A stretch of 64,000 nucleotides of DNA from Acanthaster planci (lineage: Eukaryota). Below the pieces are notes generated by a model. The model saw only the letters and a program-made list of their open reading frames with translations. It did not search any database and had not been told where the DNA came from. Each line of letters opens with the position of its first letter. Within the stretch, counting starts at the first letter, position 1. The translations under genes and the position numbers were made by a program. Location of the stretch: positions 3,070,713-3,134,712 of the forward strand of contig NW_019091356.1 in NCBI RefSeq assembly GCF_001949145.1. Direction: 5' to 3'. Positions 39,901 through 52,122 of this stretch are shown here, piece by piece.

Positions 39901-42900
39901 ACAAAGGTGACCACCATGGTCCACATCATCATGACACACCAGGTGGACAAGACGACCGGAAACTGTCCGAACTGCCAGAGTAGCATGTCAAGGTTCAGCT
40001 TGATGCTGTACACACGGAGAAAAAAAAAGGCATCAGACTCGGTGAGAAAGTTGGATCCTAGAGCATTTTCAAAACGAAATGGATTTGGCTTAGACTTCAG
40101 TTTCACTGGTTTCAGTCAGAGCTTGAACATGTGGTTTCGAACACTGCTTCAAAATGGCTGGAACCAGCGAAACCCAAGTCTAAGCCGAATCCACTCTTTT
40201 CAAAAACGCTCCTAGACTGTAATTAGAAACAGTTCAACTACTCTGTCCCGATTTTCATGGCAATGGCTGGCCAGGACACACGCATCTAGGGGAAATGACT
40301 GGTCAGCTGCAAGCTAGCGACTTCCATAGGCAGACGTACCATCACCGGCCGGAACCGAGTGATTCAGACAGTGGCTCGACTCTAATCAAACACGTGCACG
40401 TTAGGCCTCAGAGCGCCCTCTTGAGTTTGTACCGAGCACTATCACATGTAAAGGAATCAGCTCATTCAGCCACCCCAGAATCGCCGTATATGCGTAGATA
40501 TGGTCAATTTTATAGGATACATCTAAGCTACACTCAGTTGGTCCTTACCTGCCATTTTCAATGTACTCGTAGACAGCCGTGTTTAGAACAAAGACGATCA
40601 GCATGGCCACGAAGATATTGTAAATCGTCCGGATGTTCTTGTTCACCAACAATTGTCTGTGAGCAGAAAAAAAAACCAAACAATGGGTTTAATTGTCAGA
40701 CGACGATTTCAGGCAAAGATGATTTCAGTCAACAGAATAAAAACACTATGCACAGGTGTCCCACTCTGCGTCTTGGAGCACGGCAGGCTGGGTCGTCATA
40801 CCCAGCACTGCTCACTCTGTGAATATCTAACAAAAGAAAGTAAGGTGCAATGACAATGGAGGCTCATTGTTAGTGACCTGTGTTTCTTTTGTTAGATGTT
40901 CGTAGCGTCAATCAATCTGAGTTTTAGAATTCGGCATAAACTGTCAACTGCATGTATGCAAGGTTTGTACATATTAAAGCAAGTACACAGCCTGCGGCAT
41001 GAGCCACAGTCATCATGTAAGTGTTGTCGCTGCGACCAGAAATCCTCAGGACAGGTTGAATTCATCTGTCCATCAAATTAGTTTGAATATGAAAATACCA
41101 AGAGATGTGTGGTGTTTTTTTTTCAATATGAGATTTCGTACGTCGAAATTAACTGTTCTGAGGAAACGCAGTTAAATTTGTTGGAAGTGTCAACTGAGCA
41201 TGTTGTGGAGGTTGACAAAAACACAAGGATTTTACAATGCAATGCTTTGGAAATCTACGAAGACTGTTCTAACCCACATATGACGGGGCCATTCTAAATA
41301 TAGCTGTTCAATTGATTCCACTATAGCAACGGTGTGCTGTGAGTATAAAGTCACATGTACGGATTTGTGTGTGGTAAGCAGGATACAAATTCCAACCACA
41401 TCAACAAACAAGGCCAACAATTGCAAAAGTATTCAAATAAAGCCAAGTATTTTGTGAACAGTTTTTCGACAGATCGTAAACCCAGTCGATTAAATCTCCG
41501 GGCACAGAAACCAAGGTCCATTCTTTTCAAGCCCACCGGGTTCGTAGGTTCAGCATGGAGTGCCCTCTGATTAAGCCCGCATGTTTACATTTTCCCCACT
41601 CGATAACATTCACGATTTTTTATTGCTACACTGCAGAAAGCACAGCGACGTCTGAGTCATTCAATTCATGGGGGGGAGGAAAAATGAAGCGCGGACAAAA
41701 GGCCATAAAGGAATAGCTCAAAGTGTCACGAAATTGTGAAATGTAAAATGAGTGGGTGTTTAGTCCATGAGGTGAAATATCTGATACTAAACAAAACATG
41801 TCTGCCGTACATCGCACCCAATCTGATAAGAATATTTTTCCCTCAAATTGAAGGATTTCAGTATTTTTCTTTACTTTTATGGCATATCTGAGTCATTTTT
41901 CTCCAATTGCAGGTTACAGAATTTTCAAACAATCCTTCCTTTGTCAGTTTGTACATTTAATACCAAAAATGGGTAACAAGTTTTATGCATTTACAATCTT
42001 GAATTTTTTAGGACATAAGAGTTTGAAATCCATCCATTTCTTTTTTAATTCCAACAGTTTTTTTATCGAATGTACAAAGTGTCATTACCTTAGCACGCCT
42101 CATGGGTTAAAAATCATTAAAACGTAACAACTCCAATCCAATGCGTCCATGGCTACAACGTGGTACTTACGTGAGGAGTGATTCCCGAGCGACGAATACT
42201 TTTTCTTTTAGCTGTTTCCTGTCACACAAGTGATGAGAAAATTGATTCTTAGGATGGAAAACCTACAGTCGCTGCAATCCACAGATATACTGGAACAGTA
42301 ACATGCCAGAAATGTACACGAAATTATGCTGTTCACATGAACACAGGAAGAAGATACTAACCACTTGCTGCCAGGTGGAATTTGAGGTTGCATATTGTAA
42401 AACCGGGAGATTTTCAAGATTTTCCATGTTCAAAGTTCTTCAACAAATCATAGCTTCATTTACAGGATGTTTATACCCGCACGAATGACTGTCTGGTGGC
42501 TACTCTAATCTGTCAGACAACATCTATTGACGCCCGAGAATTTCAGCCAGGCCTGCCGCCTTGTAAAAAGAACCCAGATTGTGCGGTGTTATGTAACTTC
42601 CTTTTGTTCCCGAAACTGGCACAGTGTGCTACTGGTGTCTTTTCAATGGGAGCCAGATTAGTGTGCAGCGTATGTATCCCTCATCGCTGTAGCGCTGGAG
42701 TGCTTTTGTCCCCAGTGGTAATCTGCTCAGGGCTGAATGCCACAAACAGCGGTATAATCTCTCCAAACAATGACGGACTTCCTCCAGTATTGACAACTGA
42801 AAACAATGTTGGCAATTCCCAGCAGCTCGGTCTTTTGTTCTGAGTACGGTCTTTTGTTACAAGGCCCGGCTCTTTTATCTGGTTTCGGGCTCCTCGGTTT

Positions 42901-45900
42901 CCTGTATAAAGCCTATGTGCCCAAACCGGGCTCCCTGGCAGCATACAAGACAAAGTACATACTGCACAGAATGGTATGCATCACAAAAATAAAACTTCAA
43001 GTATGAGATTTTTAAAAGATATATCCTCTTTTGAAATGCCCTGCACTCAAATGCTCATGCTCACGAGTTGCTGGCGGTTATGTTCCTTGTCCCTTTTTTC
43101 CTAATTGCATTTCGTAAGGAATTCAAAAAATTGACAGTTTAGTTTTTGTGGGCTTTTTGTTGGTGATAAACTAAATCGAGTTCTGGAAAGAGAGCTGGTT
43201 TATGGGTCTGCAGAGGGGAACAATCCGCACACTACATCGCTAACTATCTTATGCTGGAAGATTTTTTATGAGGCAAGGCAGAAGGAACTTGTTTTGGCAT
43301 CATTCTATAACTTCAGGGTCCAAAAGTGGGGCATTTTTGTGTCCCTGTAACACCTGACTTGTGTAATTTGACAGGGAAATATCACTGAATTGATTTCAAA
43401 CTATTTCTATTTGTCTGACAGGTGATAATTTGCATTAACTCATCACTCTTGGAAATCAGAGGATTTGATCTGAACTCACAAAAATCATATGTCAGATGTG
43501 ACAGGGAGGAGGGAAAAATTGGGCCCCTAATTTATAGAATGACCCTTCACCTAAAGTTACAATGATTTACTGAAATGCAAGACTTCGAAGCAGCTTCATT
43601 TTTGTGTGAAAAGGCTGTTGTCACAGAACTATCGTTAGCATTTATCACTTCTGTGTAAAATTTATCAAGCAACTTTTTATCGAGCGGTGTTAGAATCGGA
43701 AAGCAGGACTTACTGGTCGCCCGGCTTGGGTCTGGGGGCGGCCTCCTTTTCCTCGGTCTCCTTCAGGTCAGTCTGCTTCTCCAGCTCCCCAACGAAGCTT
43801 TCCAGCAGGCCCTCCAGGTGGCCGTCCAGGTGGCCCAGAAACTCTGCCCGGACTTTCTACAAATTGGAAAGAACGGCAACGGTCAAGACCAAGTGGGGGA
43901 CACACAGTCAATGTTTTTGAAAATAAATTCCATCCATTTTATTTTTTTTTAGGAAAGTACATAAACATAGAAGGGCTATCTCACCGCAGCGAGTTACTTT
44001 CCTGCTGTGGTGAGTTTGCAAGATAGACATGGAAAACTTGCGGTGGTATAACGTTAACTCACTATGGCGAGACATCAACTCAACGCAATGAGGTACTTCC
44101 CTGCTGTGGTGAGATAGATTTTCCTAAATATTTTCATTGGTATTTAACTCTCCTACACCAGGGTTAATTAGAGAGCAACTCAAAGGAAAACATGTTTTCT
44201 CTGATTTTATCTGTTTGAATAAATATGGAAGCATCTATATCGAACACAGTGTCATTTGTCTTCAGAACTCATCTATAACAAGCCAAAAAGGGCTTTTTAT
44301 TCTGTTCATGCCAAGACACGAATTCTGAACATGCTGAATGTAGATTGCGTCATTCTGAGAAAACAGAGAAAACAAGGGGAACCCTCACCCTGTGTTTGTA
44401 GTGGGTAGACCCTTGTGCATGTCAAACAATGTATGTAGCCATTGTTTGTAGCCATTGTTTGGCATGCATAAAATGGGGATTATAGCAGAGTTGCTCTTCG
44501 CTGTTCTTTTTCCACCATGTGGCTTTAACATCAAAGATTCTGAATTCAATATTGACAAAGTGGCTATCTGCAGTCGAGGTTTACTGGTATCTTGGTAATT
44601 CCATGAAGCGGGATACACAACGTGCCGCATTTTGTGGGTAATTTTGTGTGTCCCTGTCACATCTGACATACGATTTTGTAAGTTCAGAACACATTTTCCA
44701 ATTTCCAAGAGTGATGAATTGATGCAAATTACCTGCCAGGCAAATACTAACGGTTTGAAACCAATTCTGGTGATATTTCCATGTCAAATAACAAAGGTCA
44801 GATGCAACAGGGACACCAAAATGTCACGCGTTTGGACCCCAAATTTCTGGAATTACCCATGAACATTTTAAATGCAGTGTTCCCAACCAGTTTCAGGGAA
44901 GTTGGATTTGAAATCTTTGCGAATGACATATCAAGAAACTTAATAAACCTAACTGTCACTGTATTTTGAAATGCAGCGTATTGTAACATTTTCATGGAAT
45001 CCCACTGACTTCATGGAAGGGCCCACCTTTGCGTCCTGGATATTTTTCCCCCTGATTTTTCATATCCTTTAGCTAGCTCTTTACAAAGTACCCAGCTATA
45101 TTTGATCTGGTATGTGTATTTTTGCAGGTATTTTGTTTTGTGAACGAATACCAACATTGCATTGAGGGCATTCCGTCGCAGTCAGAGGAATTCCACAAAA
45201 TCTTTGTCACACTCACATGACACTGTTTTGTGTGTTTAAAACCCCCCCAAAAAAGCTGGTACAAGACAGCTTCAGAATTTCTACAGAGCAAACAATCCAT
45301 AGAGTAAAAGTCTATTATCCATGGGACAAAAGGATTCCCAGGATTGTTTCACGTGGCAAATGATGCTAGGACAAAGTTCCATATAAGGCGAATGATCTTT
45401 CACCAAATCCTTTTTAACATGAGATCAACAATTAGAATTCAGGATGACTGAGCATTTTTTTTAATTATAACACTGGCCTTGTCAAAATACATGTACTTCT
45501 AGCAAAATTCTTGCACTCAGAGCCTTGTGGTCAAGTACACCTTGGGTTAAAAATTGAGACTAGCAGCAACGTAACATATCAACAAAACTTCAAAACTGTA
45601 AATGAAAATCCCTTGATTTTTCCCTTGTAGGTAAACGGAGTTATCTCGTGATAAACAGATTAGGCTTGGGATAACAACAGTTATCTCTCAACGGCCAGCT
45701 CACCCTCATTTTTTAAAGTCATATTAGAACACTGATGACAGGTACCAGTGGGGTTTCTATCGTTTTTGTTTTGTTTTGTCCTTGAGCAAGCCGCTTTACC
45801 TGCATCTATTTCTCTCCACCCAGAGGAGTAAATGGGTACGACTGAAAGGGTGCAAAAAAGGTAAAACTTGGACTGACATCCCATGCAGGGTGGAGTAGAA

Positions 45901-46104
45901 ACAGTGGGAGTTGCTTCATGGCAAGGAACCCGGAAGGAAAGGCTAAATAATTAAGAAAAAAAAACAAAACTGGCACGGCACCGACTGCTGTGCAATTGTG
46001 GAACTCACCTGAGCCGCATGCCGCACACGCAGGACGTTCATCTCCTTGTCCAGTGATGCCCCAAAGTGGTCATCCACCAAGGGGGCCTCTCGCCCGACCT
46101 TCAT
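33851..46104 (-). CDS. SOAT1: Sterol O-acyltransferase (ACAT/SOAT, MBOAT family), ~580 aa, complete
   Basis: 12 phase-consistent exons: 46009-46104, 43714-43856, 42171-42218, 40549-40656, 39846-40005, 39130-39319, 38069-38391, 36762-36989, 35973-36068, 35300-35432, 34483-34643, 33851-33907 (1743 nt incl. stop). Motifs: [42 protein letters not shown], catalytic [11 protein letters not shown]. Confidence 0.95.
34483..34643 (-). CDS. SOAT1: SOAT1 exon
   Basis: [29 protein letters not shown]. Confidence 0.93.
34937..35078. repeat. Degenerate palindromic element
   Basis: TGGCTACGGCTA..TCTGTGGGAA / TTCCACAGA..TAGCCGCAGCCA nested inverted blocks. Confidence 0.55.
35300..35432 (-). CDS. SOAT1: SOAT1 exon with catalytic His
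   Basis: [24 protein letters not shown]. Confidence 0.93.
35973..36068 (-). CDS. SOAT1: SOAT1 exon
   Basis: [30 protein letters not shown]. Confidence 0.95.
36106..36170. repeat. Minisatellite, 17-bp unit x ~4
   Basis: AGGGTACCAGCATGGGA tandem. Confidence 0.9.
36421..36681. repeat. Tandem duplication, ~130-bp unit x2
   Basis: ATTCATACTCACATAAACAA...GGTGAAGT at 36421-36550 and 36551-36681, near-identical. Confidence 0.9.
36762..36989 (-). CDS. SOAT1: SOAT1 exon
   Basis: [21 protein letters not shown]. Confidence 0.95.
37281..37530. mobile_element. MITE with AGGGCGGATCCAG-type termini
   Basis: AGGGCGGATCCAG ... CTGGATTTGCCCT terminal inverted repeat, G/C runs inside. Confidence 0.55.
38069..38391 (-). 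CDS. SOAT1: SOAT1 exon (with low-complexity insertion)
   Basis: [23 protein letters not shown]. Confidence 0.9.
39130..39319 (-). CDS. SOAT1: SOAT1 exon
   Basis: [30 protein letters not shown]. Confidence 0.95.
39846..40005 (-). CDS. SOAT1: SOAT1 exon
   Basis: [15 protein letters not shown]...FQYWA. Confidence 0.92.
40058..40215. repeat. Palindromic (foldback) element
   Basis: GGATTTGGCTTAGACTTCAGTTTCACTGGTT pairs with AACCAGCGAAACCCAAGTCTAAGCCGAATCC. Confidence 0.7.
40549..40656 (-). CDS. SOAT1: SOAT1 exon
   Basis: [29 protein letters not shown]. Confidence 0.92.
42171..42218 (-). CDS. SOAT1: SOAT1 short exon
   Basis: [11 protein letters not shown] (ACAT KxFxxRxSLL motif); |gtaagt. Confidence 0.9.
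43316..43506 (+). mobile_element. MITE family A copy
   Basis: GGGTCCAAAAGT...TTTTTGTGTCCCTGT...CATCACTCTTGG...GTCAGATGTGACAGGG shared with 47721-47972. Confidence 0.8.
43714..43856 (-). CDS. SOAT1: SOAT1 second coding exon
   Basis: [27 protein letters not shown]-rich, phase-consistent. Confidence 0.85.
43976..44117. repeat. Foldback element with internal sub-repeats
   Basis: CTATCTCACCGCAGC ... GCTGTGGTGAGATAG termini; CCTGCTGTGGTGAG repeated inside. Confidence 0.65.
44635..44860 (-). mobile_element. MITE family A copy, inverted
   Basis: Reverse complement of the 47721-47972 element; also visible as similar spurious ORF translations ([21 protein letters not shown] vs [21 protein letters not shown]). 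Confidence 0.8.
46009..46104 (-). CDS. SOAT1: SOAT1 first coding exon (exon begins at 46152)
   Basis: [15 protein letters not shown]...RHAAQ|gtgagt; an in-frame TGA upstream of the ATG supports the start. Confidence 0.75.
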
Positions 46105-47720
46105 CTCAAGGTCAACGCCCCTGAGGCCAAGTCTTGCCTTGAATCAGCAGATCTGGAAGGAAGTGAGGAAAAAAATAGCACCACAAACTTGCTTTGGGAC
46201 AGATCATCACCAAACACATTTAGGTGTGGATAGCGATCCTGGGCAAACGGCATTCCTATCAATCAATGGCAGTTGCTGTACTGGCTGATATCTATGTACC
46301 TCAAGAACGCTAACATTTACCACGGGCCAAGTGGTCTAGGTCCTCTTAAAGCAGAAGTGGCCATGTGCAATGCACAACACAGCCTATTTCGACACAGGTG
46401 GGGCTTTCAGTTACCAAACCCTAGTATGGGGGTCATGTGGCGAGTCAAATTTGACTGGTTTTCGGGCCCTCAAACTGCGCATAACATACCGGGGTCAAAG
46501 ATCAACATAGACAGGCAAACAGTCTCACAGCACAGGCGTTCAGTTGAACATACATGTACATGTACTTCATGAGGAAGGGAAGGTCTGCAGCTGTCTTTTA
46601 TTATTAATTGACTTTAATTGGCCTGGTCTACACACTTTGTGTACTTGTGTATTTAAAAACCAACCAACTGAATGGGCAACAGGGCTTTATCACTACGGAA
46701 CACTTTACCAAACAAAACCAAGCACCACTCACCAAACTGATCCGATAAGAGAACTGGATTAATGGAAACATTTTTCATAACTGTTGCAACGTATCTGTGT
46801 TTGCCCATCAACTCACAAGGATTTTAAACCAAACCTTATCAAGCACACCAAAAATCTGCCGGACCACATAATCAACAGAGTAATCCATTTAATCAGAAGA
46901 TTTGCCATACTCTAATTTCTGTGGGATTTTTGCGAGCAATCTCTTGGACCCTAACAAAGAAAATCCTCTGTGGTCTGTGATGCAAATCAGTGGTAGGTTC
47001 TTTTCAGTTGACCTGCAGGTGCCATGTTAAAATAACAACAAATGGCCTCCACTTTCCAGAATCCTGCAAGAATCTTCAAAAACCTCAGTGGTCGACCCCT
47101 AACCTCAAAAACTGATATTTCAGAATTTAAAAGCAGGCTGGGTAACAACTGGAGCGAAAAAGGCCAGCAAGTGAACAGGGACTTCCCCTTTCAAAAGTTG
47201 AAATGAAGACAGGTTTCCATTCCAAAGCTTCCAACCTTCTATACTAATACCAGACAGTTTGCATATTCTCATCGTTTAAAAATCATACAGGAAATGTACA
47301 CATGTAAATGTTACTATCTTTCAGTACTGTGACCACGATGTTATGTGCGTCCATATAAAGTCTAGTTATTAGGATATTGAAATGATGAAGCTTTTTTTTT
47401 TTGAGTGGTACATAAGCACTGACCTTAGGGGGCCTTTTTTTGTGGTCAGACTTCCTGGACAGAGAATAAAGAAGGTCCTACCAGAGGTCATCAGTGTGAA
47501 AAGAAAGCTACCCATGCAGTGAAAGCACTCGAGCCTGACTTCAGGGTGACCTCTGGACACACACACCCCCATGGCTATGGCCATGGCTTTGGTCACTGTG
47601 AGTTCAGATTGGGGTCAATTACCATGGATTCAATTGTGCTGGTACGTATTGTACATGTGTGTGTGTGTGATTTTGGATAAAAATGCCTACCTTGTGCCCA
47701 CGGTCATGCCATGTGTTGTA

Positions 47721-47972
47721 TATGGGTAACTCCAGAAATTCGGGGTCCAAAAGTGTGACATTTTTGTGTCCCTGTTACATCTGACCTTTGTTTTTTGACA
47801 TGGAAATATCCCCAGAATTGATTTCAAACTATTACTGTTTGTTTGGCAGGTAATTTGCATTAATTCATCACTCTTGGACATTAGAAAATGTGATCTGAAC
47901 TTACAAAATGATACGTCAGATGTGACAGGGGCACCAAAAAATGTACCCCAAATTTCTAGAATTATACCCATA
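47721..47972 (+). mobile_element. MITE family A, most intact copy (~250 bp)
   Basis: ~60-bp imperfect TIRs (ATGGGTAACTCCAGAAATT...CCCTGTTACATCTGAC / GTCAGATGTGACAGGG...AATTTCTAGAATTATACCCAT), TA at both ends. Confidence 0.8.
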
Positions 47973-49942
47973 TACATGATATAGAGTTTTGCCATCACAA
48001 AACTTACATACATGTATGCATGTAATATGTACAATGCACCAAGTTAAGAAATACAGCCAATATACCAAAATCAGGTAGTGCTTACACATGTTTTCAAAGA
48101 AATCTATAGGCCCTACAGCTGTCTGCAGACTTGCTATTTCAAAGGAATCATCAATCAAGATGCAAGCTTTCAAGCAACTGTGACCTTGCCTGTCCCAATT
48201 CTTTTCCTTTCAAAATCACTCCACTGGAAAAAAATCACTTTTTTGCACACCACCAAGTATGGAGACTCCATTCCAGGGCCATCATGGGAATTTCTACTGA
48301 TTTCCAGACAGGAGTGCAACTGGACCCCCCACTGGGGAAAAGTTTGTTGACCCAACAGGGGCCAACAAACTTTTGATTTCCTGTGGCATTGGCAGCAGGG
48401 GTTTGAGCTAGACCAGAAAGCCACCAAGAAAAAGGGAACAGCACTCAGGAAATTGGGTGTCAGTTTTGTTTAGCCGCGCACCAATTTACTCATTGCTTCC
48501 TGTTGCTCACAGGGGAATTTTAACACAATGCAGGAAGAATTCAAACGGTCGAATCTAGGGCCGGGTTTGTTTTTTTTTAAAAATGCATGAAAAGAGAGCA
48601 GGATCGGCAGGGGGTGGAGTTTGTTTGAGTCACTTGGCAAGCGCTGCCTGGGGACAGTAACTCTACTTTTTGAGCCAAGCGGGGCGATGTAAAAAAATAA
48701 GGCAACTTAAATGCAGGTCTGTTCAAGAATGCAACTGAGTAACCTTAAAACAAGTGGTACATGTAGTTTCCAACAAAATTTGTGCAATATTTTTGAAAAA
48801 AGAAACTACAAATATTTGCATGGGTTTTGCAGACCTACATTTGTAAGGGCATGACAGGAATGTACGAGGCCTAACTTCTGTAAAACATCAATCAATGATA
48901 ACAATTACATTTACAATCATATAGGCTCTAAAATGATTGAAATCTAACCCCTCCCCCAAGTGAACGGGTTCAACTGAAGTACCCTGGCCAAGTTTGACTC
49001 TAGCTACATAGCTGTTCACATACTTAATTCAACAGGTAAAATTAAAGTGCATTGAACAATGACAGAAGAATGTTTTTTTAAAACAAAAGGGAAACGCGAA
49101 ATTGAATCCAGTCTTCACCTACCACTTCCCCAACCTTGTTTGTGCAACCTAACAATGTTAGTCGCCAGTCGGTCAATGCCAGCTAGCAAAAACAAAGTCA
49201 TGGATGAGAAACATGTTGAAGACGACTCACAGTCCAAAACGTGAACATGACGATGAGCAGCGTAAGACATCATTAGATTCTGTCTTATGACAACAGGGCA
49301 ATCAGGTGTGACAAGTAGCTTAAAATTTTAACCCGGTCCGATGGCTCACCACAACGGAAGCACCAGGGCTCATGACAAAGGGAGACTTGTGTCTCTTGAC
49401 ATAGACTCGTCAAGCCAGAGCTGCAACCCTCCCAAAGTTACAGGAGTTTTTCCAAGTTTATTCCTTTGTACATGTACGCACGACTTGCATGAGAAAAAAT
49501 TCATCCACAGTTGAAAAATGCACATCTGCTTTATGATTTGGGATTTGAAACATTTTTGTGGTAGCCTTTTTGTGAAAATAATGACATTTTTTGTAACTAA
49601 TGAATCTTTTCGGTATTTGGCAAGGCATTTTGGAGCATGCGGGCAGTGGACGTAAATCTGAAACTTTCATTCTCATGGCCTACACTTGGGATTCAATTTA
49701 AAACATGAAAGAAATTAATGTTGCAACTTTGGGGGGTGGAAAAAACTTGCAGTCTGACCTGTGGTGGATGGAACAAGTAATTGCACCACCCACTCCAAAA
49801 AAGGAGAATTGAGCAATGTAAATAGGCATGGTATTAATGCAATCACTGCAATGCTGGCTGTTTAAAAAAAATTTTTTTTTTTTAAGTGATCGGATGACAG
49901 CAAAACATACACTTCATTTACTGCCTGCCAATGCCCAAAGCC

Positions 49943-49996
49943 TAGCCTGGGATGGATGTCTTCATTACATTACGACATGCCATCCAACCTGGGCTA
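49943..49996. repeat. Short hairpin element, second copy
   Basis: TAGCCTGGGATGGATG...CATCCAACCTGGGCTA. Confidence 0.6.
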
Positions 49997-50259
49997 CAAA
50001 GCCATGACTTCGTCTCTGTTTGTTTGTAGTTTTATTTCCACAATCAGGAAAGCCCCATCGGTTAATAAATTGCTATCCTTGGAGGCACTACTGCAAAACC
50101 TAAAATATACGGGCCTCAAACAGAATAAAATTAATATAATAGGCCTATTTAGCCTACAGATGAAGTAACAAAATGGTCAACAAAAGGAAAATGTTTCAAT
50201 ATGTTCACTCAGCTTTTCCCACATGTCACCATGTTTTGGGGTTTCACCATGGTTTCACT

Positions 50260-51000
50260 CACCAATATCCGACTCAAAATTTCGTGACGTCTACTCACAA
50301 CACGAGCGACGAGGACGTAACCAATGAGTCGGTGCTGTACGCCACTTGAGCCAAGTCCGTGTCACCATGAACCAAGGTTGTCCATTAAATGCGAACTTAC
50401 GACTACTGAGCAATGATAGCTACTACACTTTTCTGACGTAAACGTTTGGATCGATGATGTCCTTCCTTAGTGTCTTTTCTCAGAAAAAAAACTATTGTAA
50501 TTGTGAATGCGATGACTCACCTCCTCCGTTTTTTTATGCGTGTTTCGTGTGTGAATATAAGCGCACGTCGCGTATATCGTCACTACCCCCGGGTTATAAT
50601 AGAGTCCTCCGTGGCCTATGATATGCGCGCCGCGCCACCGTCGCATCGCGCGGGCTGCAATCGTATCAGTGACTCGTGCCGAATTTTCAAGACCGCTAAT
50701 TTGATATAGCGCCCTCTGTGGTGGAAACGCGACCAGACTTCTTGAAAGTGGACCAGACATGTAGATTCAGGTATTACTATTAAATTTCACTGCTACTAAT
50801 TATTATTTATTTCAACAAAAGTTGAAGATATTCATAAAATATAAATAACTACTACTCTTATTTTTTTATGATAACTTTACGAGAATAAGCAACTGCATTT
50901 TGATTTAGGAAATTTTATATTCAAAAAATAGGACGTGCCCACTTAACAACGAAAAACAAAGATGGCGGAATGTTTTTACAGTATCGAGTATCGACTGCTA
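50260..51000. promoter_or_regulatory. Candidate bidirectional promoter between SOAT1 (-) and DLEC1 (+)
   Basis: CpG-rich. Minus-strand donors gtgagt at ~50262 and ~50520 (non-coding first exons), TGACGT at 50285, CCAAT at 50321, YY1-type AAGATGGCGG at 50959-50968. Confidence 0.55.
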
Positions 51001-51267
51001 CAACTTAAGTACAACAACACAACAGCACAAGTTTGAGGTTTAAAAAGCTCCGATATTTAATGTCAATTAACTGACAGAGTTAATTTGTGTATATCTCTAA
51101 CTTCATTTGATGTTTTAGGTTTGTATAATTCATTTTTATATTGAATTAACGTTAATTTACTGGCCTAGGGCCTACCATGGAGAAAGGAAAATTCCTCCAT
51201 GGGCCTACTTAACGTTAGTCTTACTCTTTTAGTTTACTAACGACGTCTTTGCACAAGTCTTTGGGCC

Positions 51268-51332
51268 TAGCCCAGGTTGGACGACGTCTGCACTGCATTG
51301 GGACTAATGTAGGCATCGTCCAACCTGGGCTA
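51268..51332. repeat. Short hairpin element (TAGCCCAGGTTGGA...TCCAACCTGGGCTA)
   Basis: ~25-bp arms; related copy at 49943-49996. Confidence 0.7.
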
Positions 51333-51903
51333 CTTTGGGCCTAACGTTAGTCAGTTAGTGGTTTGACCTGGGGCGTGGGACTGATGTATATAATTTCAGT
51401 TGAAAACAGCAAGTACAAATAGGCCTAGGCCTATTATAAAACTAGGCTTAGGCCCTAACCATTTTTCTTCTAATAATTATATTGCCATGAAAAGACGTCA
51501 CCTACATTTCAGGGCTTGTTTGACCCAGAAAAACCCAGGGTTGCCTCTGTGGGAGTAGTTGTGTGTGTGTACATCATTGTGAAATGGCATGCTCAATGTA
51601 AATAAGGTACATCATGTGAATGGATGTGCGCGGTGGCACAGTTTGGTTTTTTGTCCCTTTTGAACTCCATCATTTCTAGGGGTGTGCACCCTGAATGTTT
51701 AATGGTTAGGCGTACTCAATGTTGGAATAAGTTCACTTTGGTGAAATTTCGTACACTACAAGCCTGTTTGATAGCACAACATGATCATGTCCACAAGGCC
51801 CAGCATCATGTTTGCTGGCCTATTTAATCACGTCGGGGCCCAACTGTCGTTTTGAAAGCATGTTTAATATATTCTTTGTAGGCCTCACCATTCTATTTGC
51901 AAA

Positions 51904-52122
51904 ATGTCGACAAAGCTGGGTCGACTGCCATATGATGAGCCACCTATGTACCTGCAGCGACCTTCATCTGGACGCTCACAGGATGTCACTCACGTGCTAG
52001 CACGGACGTTCCGAGACCTCTTCACTCGGGACTTTGTGGAGCAGGAGACAGTCAGAAATCTCAATAAGTCCCGAAGCGGAGATGACACCTACCATGAGAA
52101 ATATGTGGAAGAACTAAGAAAG
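51904..52122 (+). CDS. DLEC1: DLEC1 first coding exon
   Basis: Acceptor at 51881, AAAATG start, [20 protein letters not shown]. Confidence 0.88.

Noticed and set aside
46144..46146. Selenocysteine/readthrough at the in-frame TGA upstream of the SOAT1 ATG
   Set aside because: No upstream coding exon or homology requires it; most simply 5'UTR.
44632..48034. Paralogous small proteins (ORFs 44632-44862 + and 47687-48034 -) with similar translations
   Set aside because: The similarity comes from two copies of the same non-coding MITE; no transposase motifs.
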